NCBI GenBank assembly: GCA_022573975.1
Contig: JACZSY010000003.1
Coordinates: forward strand, 1-45,874
Length of the DNA: 45,874 nucleotides
From: SAR324 cluster bacterium
GTDB taxonomy: Bacteria > SAR324 > JACQKK01
Direction of reading: 5' to 3'
Shown piece by piece: positions 31,241 through 40,051 of the stretch (its first letter is position 1; each line of letters starts with the position of its first letter). The translations under genes and the position numbers were made by a program. A model generated the notes under the pieces. That model worked only from the letters and a program-made list of their open reading frames with translations, did not search any database and was not told the DNA's origin.

Positions 31241-31882
31241 ATGCGGGTAATTTTCCTGGGCCCCCCCGGATCGGGGAAGGGGACTCAGGCCAAACGGTTG
31301 GTGGCATCCCACGGAATCCCCCAGATTTCCACGGGGGATTTGTTGCGGGAGGCGGTGCGGGACGACACCCCGTTGGGCCGTGAAGCCAATGGGTACATGA
31401 CCGCTGGAAATTTGGTGCCGGACCGTCTGGTGATCGCTTTGCTGTTGGAAAGGATCCGACGGCCCGATTGCGGCGGCGGTTTCATTCTCGATGGGTTTCC
31501 ACGAACCCTGGCCCAGGCCGAGGCGCTTGAGGAAGCCCTGAAAGAGAAAGCGCAGCCGGTGGAGGTGGTGGTCAATCTGGAAATCGACACCGGCGAAGTG
31601 GTGGAAAGGCTGATCGGACGCAGGGTCTGCCCCAACGGCCATGGCGAGTGGCACATCCGCTTCAACCCGCCAAAAGAGGCCAACCGATGCGACAGATGCG
31701 GCGACCCCTTGATTCAACGCGAGGACGACCAGGAAGAAAGTATTCGAACACGCATGGAGGCATATTCCAGGGACACCAAACCCCTGATCGATTATTACCG
31801 GAACCAGGGGTTGCTCCATACCATCGACGCCCTGGGGAATTTGGACCAGGTCACCGGGAAAATCGAGCGGATATTCAGTTGA
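31241..31882 (+). CDS. adk: Adenylate kinase
   Basis: GPPGSGKGTQA, STGDLLR, ILDGFPR; long LID. Confidence 0.98.
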   Translation: MRVIFLGPPGSGKGTQAKRLVASHGIPQISTGDLLREAVRDDTPLGREANGYMTAGNLVPDRLVIALLLERIRRPDCGGGFILDGFPRTLAQAEALEEALKEKAQPVEVVVNLEIDTGEVVERLIGRRVCPNGHGEWHIRFNPPKEANRCDRCGDPLIQREDDQEESIRTRMEAYSRDTKPLIDYYRNQGLLHTIDALGNLDQVTGKIERIFS

Positions 31883-31965
31883 ACCGCGGTTCGGCCGCGA
31901 CCCAGTCCCCGCGGCGCCAGCCCGGGCCAGTGTAACAAACCATCACCCGCAACAAGGAGCCAGGT

Positions 31966-32184
31966 TTGCCGAAGGAAGATCATATCGAAGTAGAAGGCGT
32001 TGTTGTCGAATCCCTGCCAAACGCCATGTTCCGGGTGGAACTGCAGAACGGCAAGAAAATTCTGGCGCATATATCCGGCAAAATGCGGATGCACTACATC
32101 CGGATTCTCCCCGGAGACAAGGTGACGGTGGACATGTCACCTTACGACCTGACACGGGGCCGCATCACATACCGGGGCAAATAA
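31966..32184 (+). CDS. infA: Translation initiation factor IF-1
   Basis: [25 protein letters not shown]; TTG start after AAGGAG. Confidence 0.98.
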   Translation: MPKEDHIEVEGVVVESLPNAMFRVELQNGKKILAHISGKMRMHYIRILPGDKVTVDMSPYDLTRGRITYRGK

Positions 32185-32257
32185 CCCGCGGAGAATCGGC
32201 CCAGCATATTGAACATGCCATTTGGCGAAACCGTTAACAAAAGACATCAGGCACACC

Positions 32258-32371
32258 ATGAAAGTCAGATCGTCGGTAAAAAAGATGTGCGATCATTGCA
32301 AGCTGATCCGCCGCCGGGGGGTTCTGCGCGTCATTTGCCCGAACCCAAAACACAAGCAGCGGCAAGGCTGA
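32258..32371 (+). CDS. rpmJ: 50S ribosomal protein L36 (not in ORF track)
   Basis: Translates [37 protein letters not shown]; Zn-ribbon type. Confidence 0.97.
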   Translation: MKVRSSVKKMCDHCKLIRRRGVLRVICPNPKHKQRQG

Positions 32372-32505
32372 CCGTCTTCATCCCATGACATCGCCGCGCC
32401 GCATGACATCGCCGCGGGCGGCGGGGTCGCTGTAAAGAGAGCTTATTTTCCGCCGCCAGCGGCGGAAAATGAACCCATTTAAAAAGATTCACCAAGGAGC
32501 AACAC

Positions 32506-32865
32506 GTGGCCCGAATCGCAGGGGTGGACCTCCCCAACAAACGAATGGTGGTGGCGCTAACCTATATTTTCGGCATCGGACGCACCACCTCGGGAAAAAT
32601 CCTGGCCAGGGCCGGCATCGACGAAAGCCTCCGCCCGGACTCCCTCACCGATGGGCAGATCACCTCGTTGCGGGAGCTCATTGGCGAAAACCGGGTCGAA
32701 GGAGAACTGCGGGGCGAGGTGCAATTGAACATCAAGCGCCTGATGGACCTGGGCAATTACCGGGGCCTGCGGCACAGAAAGGGCTTGCCGGTGCGGGGAC
32801 AACGCACCAAGACCAATAGCCGCACCCGCAAGGGGCCACGGCACAAGATCGGCGCCAAGAAGTAG
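32506..32865 (+). CDS. rpsM: 30S ribosomal protein S13
   Basis: [29 protein letters not shown]. Confidence 0.99.
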   Translation: MARIAGVDLPNKRMVVALTYIFGIGRTTSGKILARAGIDESLRPDSLTDGQITSLRELIGENRVEGELRGEVQLNIKRLMDLGNYRGLRHRKGLPVRGQRTKTNSRTRKGPRHKIGAKK

Positions 32866-32942
32866 CGCGCGAACACAACCCATGCGCCGGGCGCTCCCCC
32901 AAGGCCCGGCCACGGACAACAATTTCACCATCGGGAATCCGA

Positions 32943-33335
32943 ATGGCCAGAGGCAAACGAACCAGCGGCAAACGAAAAGAAAAGAAGAATATTCCGGTTG
33001 GCATCTGCCACATCACCGCCAGCTTCAACAACACCATCATTTCTTTCACCGATCCCCAGGGAAACGTGGTGGCCTGGTCCTCCACGGGCACCGTCGGTTT
33101 CCACGGCTCGCGCAAGAGCACGCCTTACGCCGCCAAAACAGCGACCGAAGACGCGGTGCGCAAAGCCCGGGACCAGGGCATGCGCCAGGTGGACGTGCAC
33201 GTCAAAGGCCCAGGCAGCGGCCGGGAATCGGCCCTGCGCGCGCTGGCGGCCGAAGGATTGAAAATCACCAACATCCGCGATGTGACGCCAGTGCCCCATA
33301 ATGGGTGCAAACCGCCCAAGATGCGCCGGATTTAA
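32943..33335 (+). CDS. rpsK: 30S ribosomal protein S11
   Basis: [28 protein letters not shown]. Confidence 0.99.
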   Translation: MARGKRTSGKRKEKKNIPVGICHITASFNNTIISFTDPQGNVVAWSSTGTVGFHGSRKSTPYAAKTATEDAVRKARDQGMRQVDVHVKGPGSGRESALRALAAEGLKITNIRDVTPVPHNGCKPPKMRRI

Positions 33336-33377
33336 CGGCCTGCGGCGGCTCGATTTGGCGAACCCGGTTCGCACCGG

Positions 33378-33465
33378 GCACTGTTCACAGCAAGCACTGT
33401 TCACAGCAAGCACTGTTCACAGCAAGCACTGTACAGCAAGCACTGTACAGCAAGCACTGTTCACA
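33378..33465. repeat. 16/14-bp tandem repeat (GCACTGT[TC]ACAGCAA) upstream of rpsD
   Basis: Three 16-bp units, two 14-bp units and a partial unit. Confidence 0.95.
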
Positions 33466-33485
33466 CCTTAGCAAGGAGACCTCTT

Positions 33486-34115
33486 TTGGCACGTTATCTA
33501 GGCTCTGTCTGCCGCCTTTGCAGACGCGAAGGACTCAAGCTGTTTTTGAAAGGCGACCGTTGCTACACAGACAAATGCGCCATCGAGAAGCGCAGCTATC
33601 CCCCGGGCGCCCATGGCAGCAATTTCCGCCGCAAGGTTTCCGAATTTGGCATTCAGTTGCGCGAAAAGCAAAAGGTGAAACGCCTTTACGGCCTGCTGGA
33701 AAAACAATTCCGCCGTTTGTTCAAGGAAGCGGAGCGTCGTAAAGGGATGTCTGGAGAGAACCTGTTGATGCTGCTGGAAAAGCGGCTGGACAACATCGTT
33801 TATCGCGCCGGTTTCGCCAGTTCGAGGGCCGAGTCCCGCCAGTTGGTGACGCATGGCCACATTCAGGTCAACGGCAAAAAGGGGAGTTATCCCTCGATGA
33901 CGCTGAGACCCGACGACGTGGTATCGGTGCGGGAAAAGAGCCGGAAGAATGTTCAAATCAACAGCGCCATGGAAGCAGCCCTGCGCAAGGGCACATCCAG
34001 CTGGCTGGAAGTAGACCCGAAAAACTATTCGGTGAAAATCGTTTCCGAACCCAAGCGGGAGGAGTTGACCTTGCCCATTCAAGAGCAATTGATTGTCGAA
34101 CTTTATTCCCGTTAG
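33486..34115 (+). CDS. rpsD: 30S ribosomal protein S4 (Cys-containing N-terminus)
   Basis: CRLCRREG...RC...[19 protein letters not shown]; TTG start after AAGGAG. Confidence 0.98.
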   Translation: MARYLGSVCRLCRREGLKLFLKGDRCYTDKCAIEKRSYPPGAHGSNFRRKVSEFGIQLREKQKVKRLYGLLEKQFRRLFKEAERRKGMSGENLLMLLEKRLDNIVYRAGFASSRAESRQLVTHGHIQVNGKKGSYPSMTLRPDDVVSVREKSRKNVQINSAMEAALRKGTSSWLEVDPKNYSVKIVSEPKREELTLPIQEQLIVELYSR

Positions 34116-34140
34116 GCCCCTTCAAAAGATGGAGAGTTTG

Positions 34141-35169
34141 ATGTTTCAGAGAAATTGGGAAGAGTTGCAGCGACCGAAACGGATAGAGGCTGACCCCTCT
34201 ACCCAGACTTCAAATTACGGCAAATTCGTGATCGAACCGTTGGAGAAGGGATTCGGAGTCACCATTGGCCACGCCCTGCGCCGGGTTTTGCTCTCGTCCC
34301 TCCAGGGATGCGCGCCGATCGCGGTGAAAATAGAAGGCGTTTCCCACGAGTTCGAAGCAGTGACCGGGGTTCAGGAGGATGTGGTGCAGGTCATCCTCAA
34401 TCTCAAGGCCTTGCAGCTTCATCAATTGGAAGAAGGCGTTCATGAACTCGAGCTGGTGGGCGTCGGACCTACGCAATTGAGGGCCAAGGATATCGTGACC
34501 GGAGGCCGGGTGGAAGTGATGAATCCCGAGCAGATCATCGCCAACCTGGACGAAGGCGGCCAGTTGGAGGTGCGGCTGTTCGTCACCCAGAATCACGGCT
34601 ACATCACCGCCGAGGAAAATCAATCCGAGGATTTGCCGGCGGATGTGATTTACCTGGATTCGGTGCATACCCCCATCAAGAAAATCAACTACGAGGTGCA
34701 GAGCGCGCGTGTCGGGCAAAAAACCGATTATGATCGCCTGATTTTCGAGGTGTTCACCAACGGCGCGATGAATCCCGCCGATGCCCTGGCCTATTCCGCC
34801 AGGATCCTGAAGGATTATCTCAACATCTTCATCAATTTCGAGGAAGACGAAATCGAGGAGGAGGAACGGAATTTTTCCGCGGAAGGCTCGGCGCTCAACG
34901 ACAATCTGTACCGCCCGGTCAGCGAGTTGGAGCTTTCGGTGCGGTCGATCAACTGCCTGCAAAACGCCAATATCGAAACCATTGGCGAGCTGGTGCAAAA
35001 AACCGAATCCGAAATGCTGAAAACCAAGAACTTCGGACGAAAATCCCTGAACGAAATCAAGCACATTCTTTCCACAATGGGATTGAGCCTGGGAATGAAG
35101 CTGGAAGCGTTCGATCCGAAGAATAAACCGGTGGAGGATCAGGCCACCGGTGAAATCATGTACGATTGA
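34141..35169 (+). CDS. rpoA: RNA polymerase subunit alpha
   Basis: [41 protein letters not shown]. Confidence 0.99.
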   Translation: MFQRNWEELQRPKRIEADPSTQTSNYGKFVIEPLEKGFGVTIGHALRRVLLSSLQGCAPIAVKIEGVSHEFEAVTGVQEDVVQVILNLKALQLHQLEEGVHELELVGVGPTQLRAKDIVTGGRVEVMNPEQIIANLDEGGQLEVRLFVTQNHGYITAEENQSEDLPADVIYLDSVHTPIKKINYEVQSARVGQKTDYDRLIFEVFTNGAMNPADALAYSARILKDYLNIFINFEEDEIEEEERNFSAEGSALNDNLYRPVSELELSVRSINCLQNANIETIGELVQKTESEMLKTKNFGRKSLNEIKHILSTMGLSLGMKLEAFDPKNKPVEDQATGEIMYD

Positions 35170-35176
35170 GGATGAG

Positions 35177-35866
35177 ATGCGACATTTAAAGGCCGGCAGG
35201 ACCCTGGGCGTCAAGCCGGCGCACCGCAAAGCCATGCTGCGCAACATAGTCACCTCCTTGCTCGAAAAGGAGCAGATCAAGACCACCGTGGCGCGGGCCA
35301 AGGAAATGCGCAAACCCCTGGACAACATGATCACCCTTGGCAAGCGGGGCGATCTCAGCGCCAGGAGAAAGGCGCTCGGCTTCGTGAAAAGCAAGGAAGC
35401 GATGGCCAAGTTGTTCGGAGAACTGGCGGAGCGCTACAAGGACCGTCCTGGCGGTTTTTCCCGCATCATGAAACTGGGACCCCGCAGGGGAGATGGCGCT
35501 GAAATGGCCCTGATTCTGCTGGTGGACAAACCGGACGATCCCTTCGCCGGAGAAAGCAAGCCCAGACGCCGGGGAGGGAAAAAGGAGCCCAAGGCGGTGT
35601 TGCAGGATGTGGCCGAAACAGTGCGGGAGGAAGCCTCCGGCCAACCCCCAGCCGATGCCGAACCCGCCAAATCCTCGAAAAAAGCCGCCGCCGAGGCCGA
35701 CCTGCAAACCGATGAAACCAAAGGCGCCGAGGCGTCCGCCCAGGAAGCGGCTGCCGATGATACCGCTCCGGATACCGTGTCCGGCGGTGCTCCCGAGGCC
35801 GATTCCGGCGGTGCTCCCGAGGCCGATTCCGGCGATGCGCCGGAAAAACAGGAAGAGAAAAAATAG
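35177..35866 (+). CDS. rplQ: 50S ribosomal protein L17 with long C-terminal extension
   Basis: MRHLKAGRTLG, IKTTVARAKE, RPGGFSRI, RRGDGAEMA. Confidence 0.96.
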   Translation: MRHLKAGRTLGVKPAHRKAMLRNIVTSLLEKEQIKTTVARAKEMRKPLDNMITLGKRGDLSARRKALGFVKSKEAMAKLFGELAERYKDRPGGFSRIMKLGPRRGDGAEMALILLVDKPDDPFAGESKPRRRGGKKEPKAVLQDVAETVREEASGQPPADAEPAKSSKKAAAEADLQTDETKGAEASAQEAAADDTAPDTVSGGAPEADSGGAPEADSGDAPEKQEEKK

Positions 35867-36014
35867 CCGTTCCGGAATCTTTGCATGACCCCGCTGCAAG
35901 CGGCGGGGATAGGACCCCTGCAAAAAGAGTCTACCCCCACCTTTCCCAGGGTGGCGTTCATCGCAGGCCTTGGCAAGCTGCCGGGAGCGGGGGCGGCGCT
36001 CCAATGGTTCCTCC

Positions 36015-37364
36015 CTACAGCGCCTCGCGAAGCGCGGCCAGCCCCCGTTCGGCTTCCGCCGGATCGCAGTAAAGCGCCTCGATGGTGAAAACCTGATTGT
36101 ACCGCTCCAGCAGGACGGAAACCGCTTCCAGGGGCAGCCATTCCGGGCGGCCCAATATCTGCTGTTCCACATAGATGGGCGCCTCGTCCTTCCCCGTGTT
36201 GCTCCACCCCAGATTGGACAATCTCCGTTCCTCCTTGAGGTGGATGATTTCACATCCCTCGCCCTCCAGCTTGGCGACGGCCTTCATCACCCGCGCCCTG
36301 GATTCCCCATCGGGGAGGTCGCTCATCCGCAACAGGCGCGAAAGGGGGCGGCGATTCACGATTTTCGCGGCCCAGCGTCCTCCTTTGGCCCTGTGCAGCA
36401 GGTTCATCACGTGATCCTCGCGGGCCGAGAGAAAGCTTTCCAGGGAGCCGTCCAGCACCAGTTCGATTTCTCCGTCCTGGACCGCCCTTTTCAGAAAATA
36501 TTCGAACGGGAGCAGCGTCTTGTGAAAATATACCTGCATGGCCATATGGAATCGGGCCATCAGGAAATTTTCATAGGTATACAGGGCGTCATGGGCCAGG
36601 GTCATCACCAGCCCGCCGTCCATGACCGTACAGGAGAGCGATTGAATCAGCCTGGGCAGGTCGAACAGGCCGTAACTGACGCCGGCGAAATGGGCGTCCC
36701 TGCGCAGATAGTCCATGCGGTCCGCATCGATTTCTCCGCTGACGATCTGTTTGAGCAGTGGATACACCGTGATGCCGCTTCCCTGCCCGCCGCCAGACCC
36801 ATCGACGAGCGTGGCGCCGGGAGCGATACGCCGGTCGATGAGGGAGCAGATGGCCCGCGCATCCTCCATGGGCATCAAATCGGGTTTTTCTTCGGCCAGC
36901 GCGCGGATCGCCGCCACCGAATAATCCTCATGGGTGGCCCGCCCGGTTTTTTCGCCGCTCCGGTACCAGTCCCAGGGCAGTGGAAGTTGTTCCCGGCCGG
37001 GCAGCAGGGGTTCGAAAGAGTGGGAAAAGGGCGGATGTCCGAGATCGTGCAACAGGCCCGCCAGCCGGACGATGCCACGGAACCTGGCGTGGGCCGCGGA
37101 GGAAAATCCACAGTCCCGATAGGCCGCGGATTTGAGCGCGACCTGATCGAAAACCTGACCGGCGAGGTGCATCACACCCAGGGAATGACTGAAGCGGGTG
37201 TGCGTGGCCCCGGGAAAAACCAGGGAGGCGAACCCCAGTTGGGAGATGTATCGCAAACGTTGAACGAATCGGTGATCGATGATGGCGCGTTCGCGCGCAT
37301 CGAAAGGAATGGAACCGTGCAGAGGGCACCGCACCTCGAAGGGAGCCGGCGATGATGCATCCAT
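36015..37364 (-). CDS. HD-domain phosphohydrolase (SAMHD1/dNTPase-like family)
   Basis: QRLRYISQLG, HTRFSHSLG, LLHDLGHPPFSH, DADRMDYLRRD. Confidence 0.9.
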   Translation of the reverse strand: MDASSPAPFEVRCPLHGSIPFDARERAIIDHRFVQRLRYISQLGFASLVFPGATHTRFSHSLGVMHLAGQVFDQVALKSAAYRDCGFSSAAHARFRGIVRLAGLLHDLGHPPFSHSFEPLLPGREQLPLPWDWYRSGEKTGRATHEDYSVAAIRALAEEKPDLMPMEDARAICSLIDRRIAPGATLVDGSGGGQGSGITVYPLLKQIVSGEIDADRMDYLRRDAHFAGVSYGLFDLPRLIQSLSCTVMDGGLVMTLAHDALYTYENFLMARFHMAMQVYFHKTLLPFEYFLKRAVQDGEIELVLDGSLESFLSAREDHVMNLLHRAKGGRWAAKIVNRRPLSRLLRMSDLPDGESRARVMKAVAKLEGEGCEIIHLKEERRLSNLGWSNTGKDEAPIYVEQQILGRPEWLPLEAVSVLLERYNQVFTIEALYCDPAEAERGLAALREAL

Positions 37365-37549
37365 GAGGCTTAAAAATCCACGGCGGTGGCGGGATGGGCG
37401 CTCTTCTCGGTTTTCCGGGACGAATTCACAATAATCTCCACCGTTTGACAATCCAGGCCGCAATACCTGAAAATACCAATGTACCGAATATCGCTCTACT
37501 GAAAAGGATGAGCCACCCTATCATAATTTTCCCCGAAACGGCGTTGGTG

Positions 37550-37771
37550 ATGAAGATCGAGATCGAATATTGCGGGATGTGAAACTACCTTCCCGAGGCG
37601 GCCCGTGTGGCCTCCGAATTGAAAGGCTCACTGGGTGTGGAAACCAAATTGATCGAAGGCAGCAGGGGGATTTTCGATGTCAAGGTGGACGGGAAACTGG
37701 TGTACTCGAAAGACGAAACCCACAAATTCCCCGATCGGGGAGAGGTGTCCGGTCTGATTCAGGGCCGATAA
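37550..37771 (+). CDS. Rdx-family (SelW/SelT/SelH-like) selenoprotein, CxxU, 73 aa
   Basis: MKIEIEYCGM-U(TGA 37580-37582)-NYLPEAARVASELK...GSRGIFDVKVDGKLVYSK...KFP; frame stays open after the TGA. Confidence 0.88.
37594..37616 (+). promoter_or_regulatory. Candidate SECIS element of the Rdx gene
   Basis: GGCC-CGTGT-GGCC apical hairpin with extendable lower stem, loop ~21 nt after UGA. Confidence 0.55.
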
Positions 37772-38080
37772 ACGTCTCCCTACGTTGGCGGAGGGTCACG
37801 GCCTGGAGCGATTAATTGGTCAAGGTGAATCTTTTTGCGCGGGTGCATCCCGCCGCCTGGGGCGAAAAAGAAGCCGGAGGTTCGATCCCCCGCTGTTTGC
37901 GGCGAGGCCGTTCATCGATTGTCTTGTCAGGGCAACGGATTTATTGTCAAGGCGAAGTAAGTATTGTCAAGCCCATGCAAAACCCCTAGGTTGGGGCAAT
38001 CATAAAAGGAAGAACACTGCCCGGATCGAAACGGTTCGTCTTCGGGTGGAGGACTCCCGGTAACTGGAGAAAAGCGGAAC

Positions 38081-38452
38081 ATGGAAATCCACAAACCCCA
38101 ACGCGATAAACTCGGTGTCGGAAAATGGGACCTCACCACGACTCGCTATATTCCGTTGGGCGGCGGCTCCCGCTCCCGGCTCCCGGTTTACGACGATCCG
38201 ACACAAAGGCGGTATGTCGGTTTCGTCGGAATTGACGAATTCCTTTCCGCGGATATCTCCATGATCCCCACCCTGTATCAATTCCTGGGCGGGAAACCCG
38301 TGTTGCAGGAGGGAGACGCCGGAAAATTCACCGCCATGCTGCTCGGACAGACCATGGAGCGCCTGGAGGCGGCGACTTTGGCCATGGCGGATTCGGCGCC
38401 GGTGCTCGAGGAGGAGGAAGACGAAGAGGAGGCCGGCAATCCCGGCGATTAG
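38081..38452 (+). CDS. Hypothetical protein with acidic C-terminal tail
   Basis: 123-aa ORF with host-like codon usage; GGAG upstream; no recognised motif. Confidence 0.7.
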   Translation: MEIHKPQRDKLGVGKWDLTTTRYIPLGGGSRSRLPVYDDPTQRRYVGFVGIDEFLSADISMIPTLYQFLGGKPVLQEGDAGKFTAMLLGQTMERLEAATLAMADSAPVLEEEEDEEEAGNPGD

Positions 38453-38793
38453 GCCGATTTCGGAGGCTTCGGCCGGGAGGGCGACCCTTTCCCCGTGATT
38501 TCCCTTCCCCCGGTTTCAGTCCGGGGGGTTCCCCGAGCCGCCGTGGTTCGAGCCTGCCGTGGCGTTCCGGCGGCCCCTTCCACCGCGCCCAACAGTTCCA
38601 GCATCGTCAGGCCCTTGCCCGAACCGCCGGGGAGGCGTCCATCGCGTTTCCAGCGTGTGACGGTTTTCGGGGAGACCCCCAGCATTTCCGACAATTCCAT
38701 GTTGTTGAAGTGGCGGAACAGGCCGCGGAAAAATGCCTCCACGTCGTCACCTTCATCCAATTCAATCTTTAAAGCGCCCAGTTCCAATCGCAT
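38449..38793 (-). CDS. Small helix-turn-helix protein (HTH_17/MerR-like)
   Basis: ELSEMLGVSPKTVTRWKRDGRLP; ATG 38793 after GGAGGA. Confidence 0.8.
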   Translation of the reverse strand: MRLELGALKIELDEGDDVEAFFRGLFRHFNNMELSEMLGVSPKTVTRWKRDGRLPGGSGKGLTMLELLGAVEGAAGTPRQARTTAARGTPRTETGGREITGKGSPSRPKPPKSA

Positions 38794-38863
38794 GGTTGTA
38801 TTCCTCCGGCTGAAATGTTTCGTGTTCAAGGGGAATGAAAACAGGCTCTGCGGTATGTATACA

Positions 38864-38892
38864 AATGTATATTATACCGCGGCAAATGTCAA
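38864..38892 (-). promoter_or_regulatory. Sigma70 promoter of the HTH gene overlapped by a palindrome
   Basis: Minus strand TTGACA-17 bp-TACATT; inverted repeat 38850-38880. Confidence 0.6.
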
Positions 38893-38994
38893 TCCCCTTG
38901 GCCAAGGCCCTAATTGACCGGACATCCAATTAATGGTTGAGTAAAAAAAACCGTGCGATACCAGAAGGTTCACTCCTTGAAGAGGAATTCCACA

Positions 38995-39462
38995 ATGGGA
39001 GAGTTGATTCACACCTGCAAAATCAAGATTATCCGGGACAAAGGACCCGTGCGGCGGGCCTTCATCGAGCATTTCAAGGAACCTGTGTTCTACGGCATCC
39101 ATACCGCCATCGCCGATTTTTACGGGGTTCAACCCGAAGAGGAGTATCCGGCCACCCTGGACCACATGATATCCGCCATCGGCGCCTGACTGACCGGCAC
39201 TTTTGCCGGCGCGCTGGCAGCGCGCAAAATCCAATTGGGCCCGGGAGAACTTTGGAGCGAAGTGGAAGGCGATCTGGAGAAGGTCGAGCGCACCATCCGC
39301 ATCACCGAGGTGCGCGTCAAATATCATCTTCCGCTCAATCGCGAGGATGAGGAAACCGCCGAGCGGGTGATGAAGGTCCATCCGGCGGGATGCCCGGCCC
39401 ACGAAAGCGTCAAGGACTCGATCCGCATCAAAATCGACCGGGAATACGAGTATCGCGATTGA
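38995..39462 (+). CDS. OsmC/Ohr-like selenoprotein (Sec65, Cys133), 155 aa
   Basis: ORFs 38953-39189 and 39235-39462 are in one frame with a single TGA (39187-39189) in LDHMISAIGA-U-LTGTFAGAL; second motif GCPAHESV; ATG after GAGGA. Confidence 0.85.
39201..39229 (+). promoter_or_regulatory. Candidate SECIS element of the OsmC-like gene
   Basis: TTTTGC...GCGCT-GGC-AGCGC-GCAAAA stem-loop, G-initial loop 26 nt after UGA. Confidence 0.6.
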
Positions 39463-39511
39463 GCCTGACCGGCCGTTCGGTCCATTCCCCACACCCCAAG
39501 CCGGAGGCTGC

Positions 39512-39964
39512 ATGGGCATCGCACTCAACCAGGCGGAAATTGACCAGTACATGCTTTCCTCTCCCCGGGGCATCCTGTGTGTTTCCCGTGAAAATCAGGC
39601 GCCGCTGGCCCTGCCCATGTGGTTCGGATGGATCGATGGGAAGGTGATGATGAACACGCTGCTCACCTCTAAAAAGGTGGAACCCATCCGAAGGAACCCG
39701 CAAGTCTCCTTTCTGGTGGAATCGGGCGAAGCGTATTTCACCCTGAAAGCGCTGCTGGTCATTGGGACGTGCGAGATAATCGAGAATCAGGACGGCGCGG
39801 AGAACTGGATGCGGCGGCTCCAGCAGAACAAGCCCCTCTACCAGGCGTTGATTCCCGCCACGTGGCCCCCGCACCTGGAGCAGCATTATGCAAAGCCCCA
39901 TGCCGCCCTGGTGATCACTCCGTCCTCCATCACCTCCTGGGATTTCGGCAAAGTCCGGCGGTAA
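39512..39964 (+). CDS. Pyridoxamine 5'-phosphate oxidase-like (split beta-barrel) protein
   Basis: PLALPMWF, SKKVEPIRRNPQVSFLVE, ITSWDFGK; GGAGG RBS. Confidence 0.85.
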   Translation: MGIALNQAEIDQYMLSSPRGILCVSRENQAPLALPMWFGWIDGKVMMNTLLTSKKVEPIRRNPQVSFLVESGEAYFTLKALLVIGTCEIIENQDGAENWMRRLQQNKPLYQALIPATWPPHLEQHYAKPHAALVITPSSITSWDFGKVRR

Positions 39965-40032
39965 CGCCGGCTTCATTGGCGCCGTCCGGCGTTGACGCCG
40001 GCTTCATTGGCGCCGTCCGCTGTTGACGCCGG
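39964..40032. repeat. 31-bp tandem repeat, 2 copies plus a partial
   Basis: ACGCCGGCTTCATTGGCGCCGTCCG(GC/CT)GTTG at 39964 and 39995, partial at 40026. Confidence 0.9.
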
Positions 40033-40051
40033 ACGCCATCGGCACCGCCTC

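Noticed and set aside
31628-31699. Adenylate kinase LID variant CPNGH...CDRC
   Set aside because: LID metal-ligand patterns are known to vary; not enough to claim anything new
31883-31965. Absence of map between adk and infA as a novelty
   Set aside because: map presence at this position varies widely among bacteria
38449-38793. Excisionase marking an integrated element
   Set aside because: No integrase, tRNA or att-like repeats nearby
37550-39462. Genome-wide reassignment of UGA (genetic code 4 or 25)
   Set aside because: rpsL, rpsG, fusA, rpsJ, rpmJ and others end in TGA at their normal C-termini; in-frame TGAs occur only at redox Cys positions
38953-39462. Two small genes or an OsmC pseudogene
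   Set aside because: A single in-frame TGA at the catalytic site with a SECIS-like hairpin and no other lesions fits Sec better
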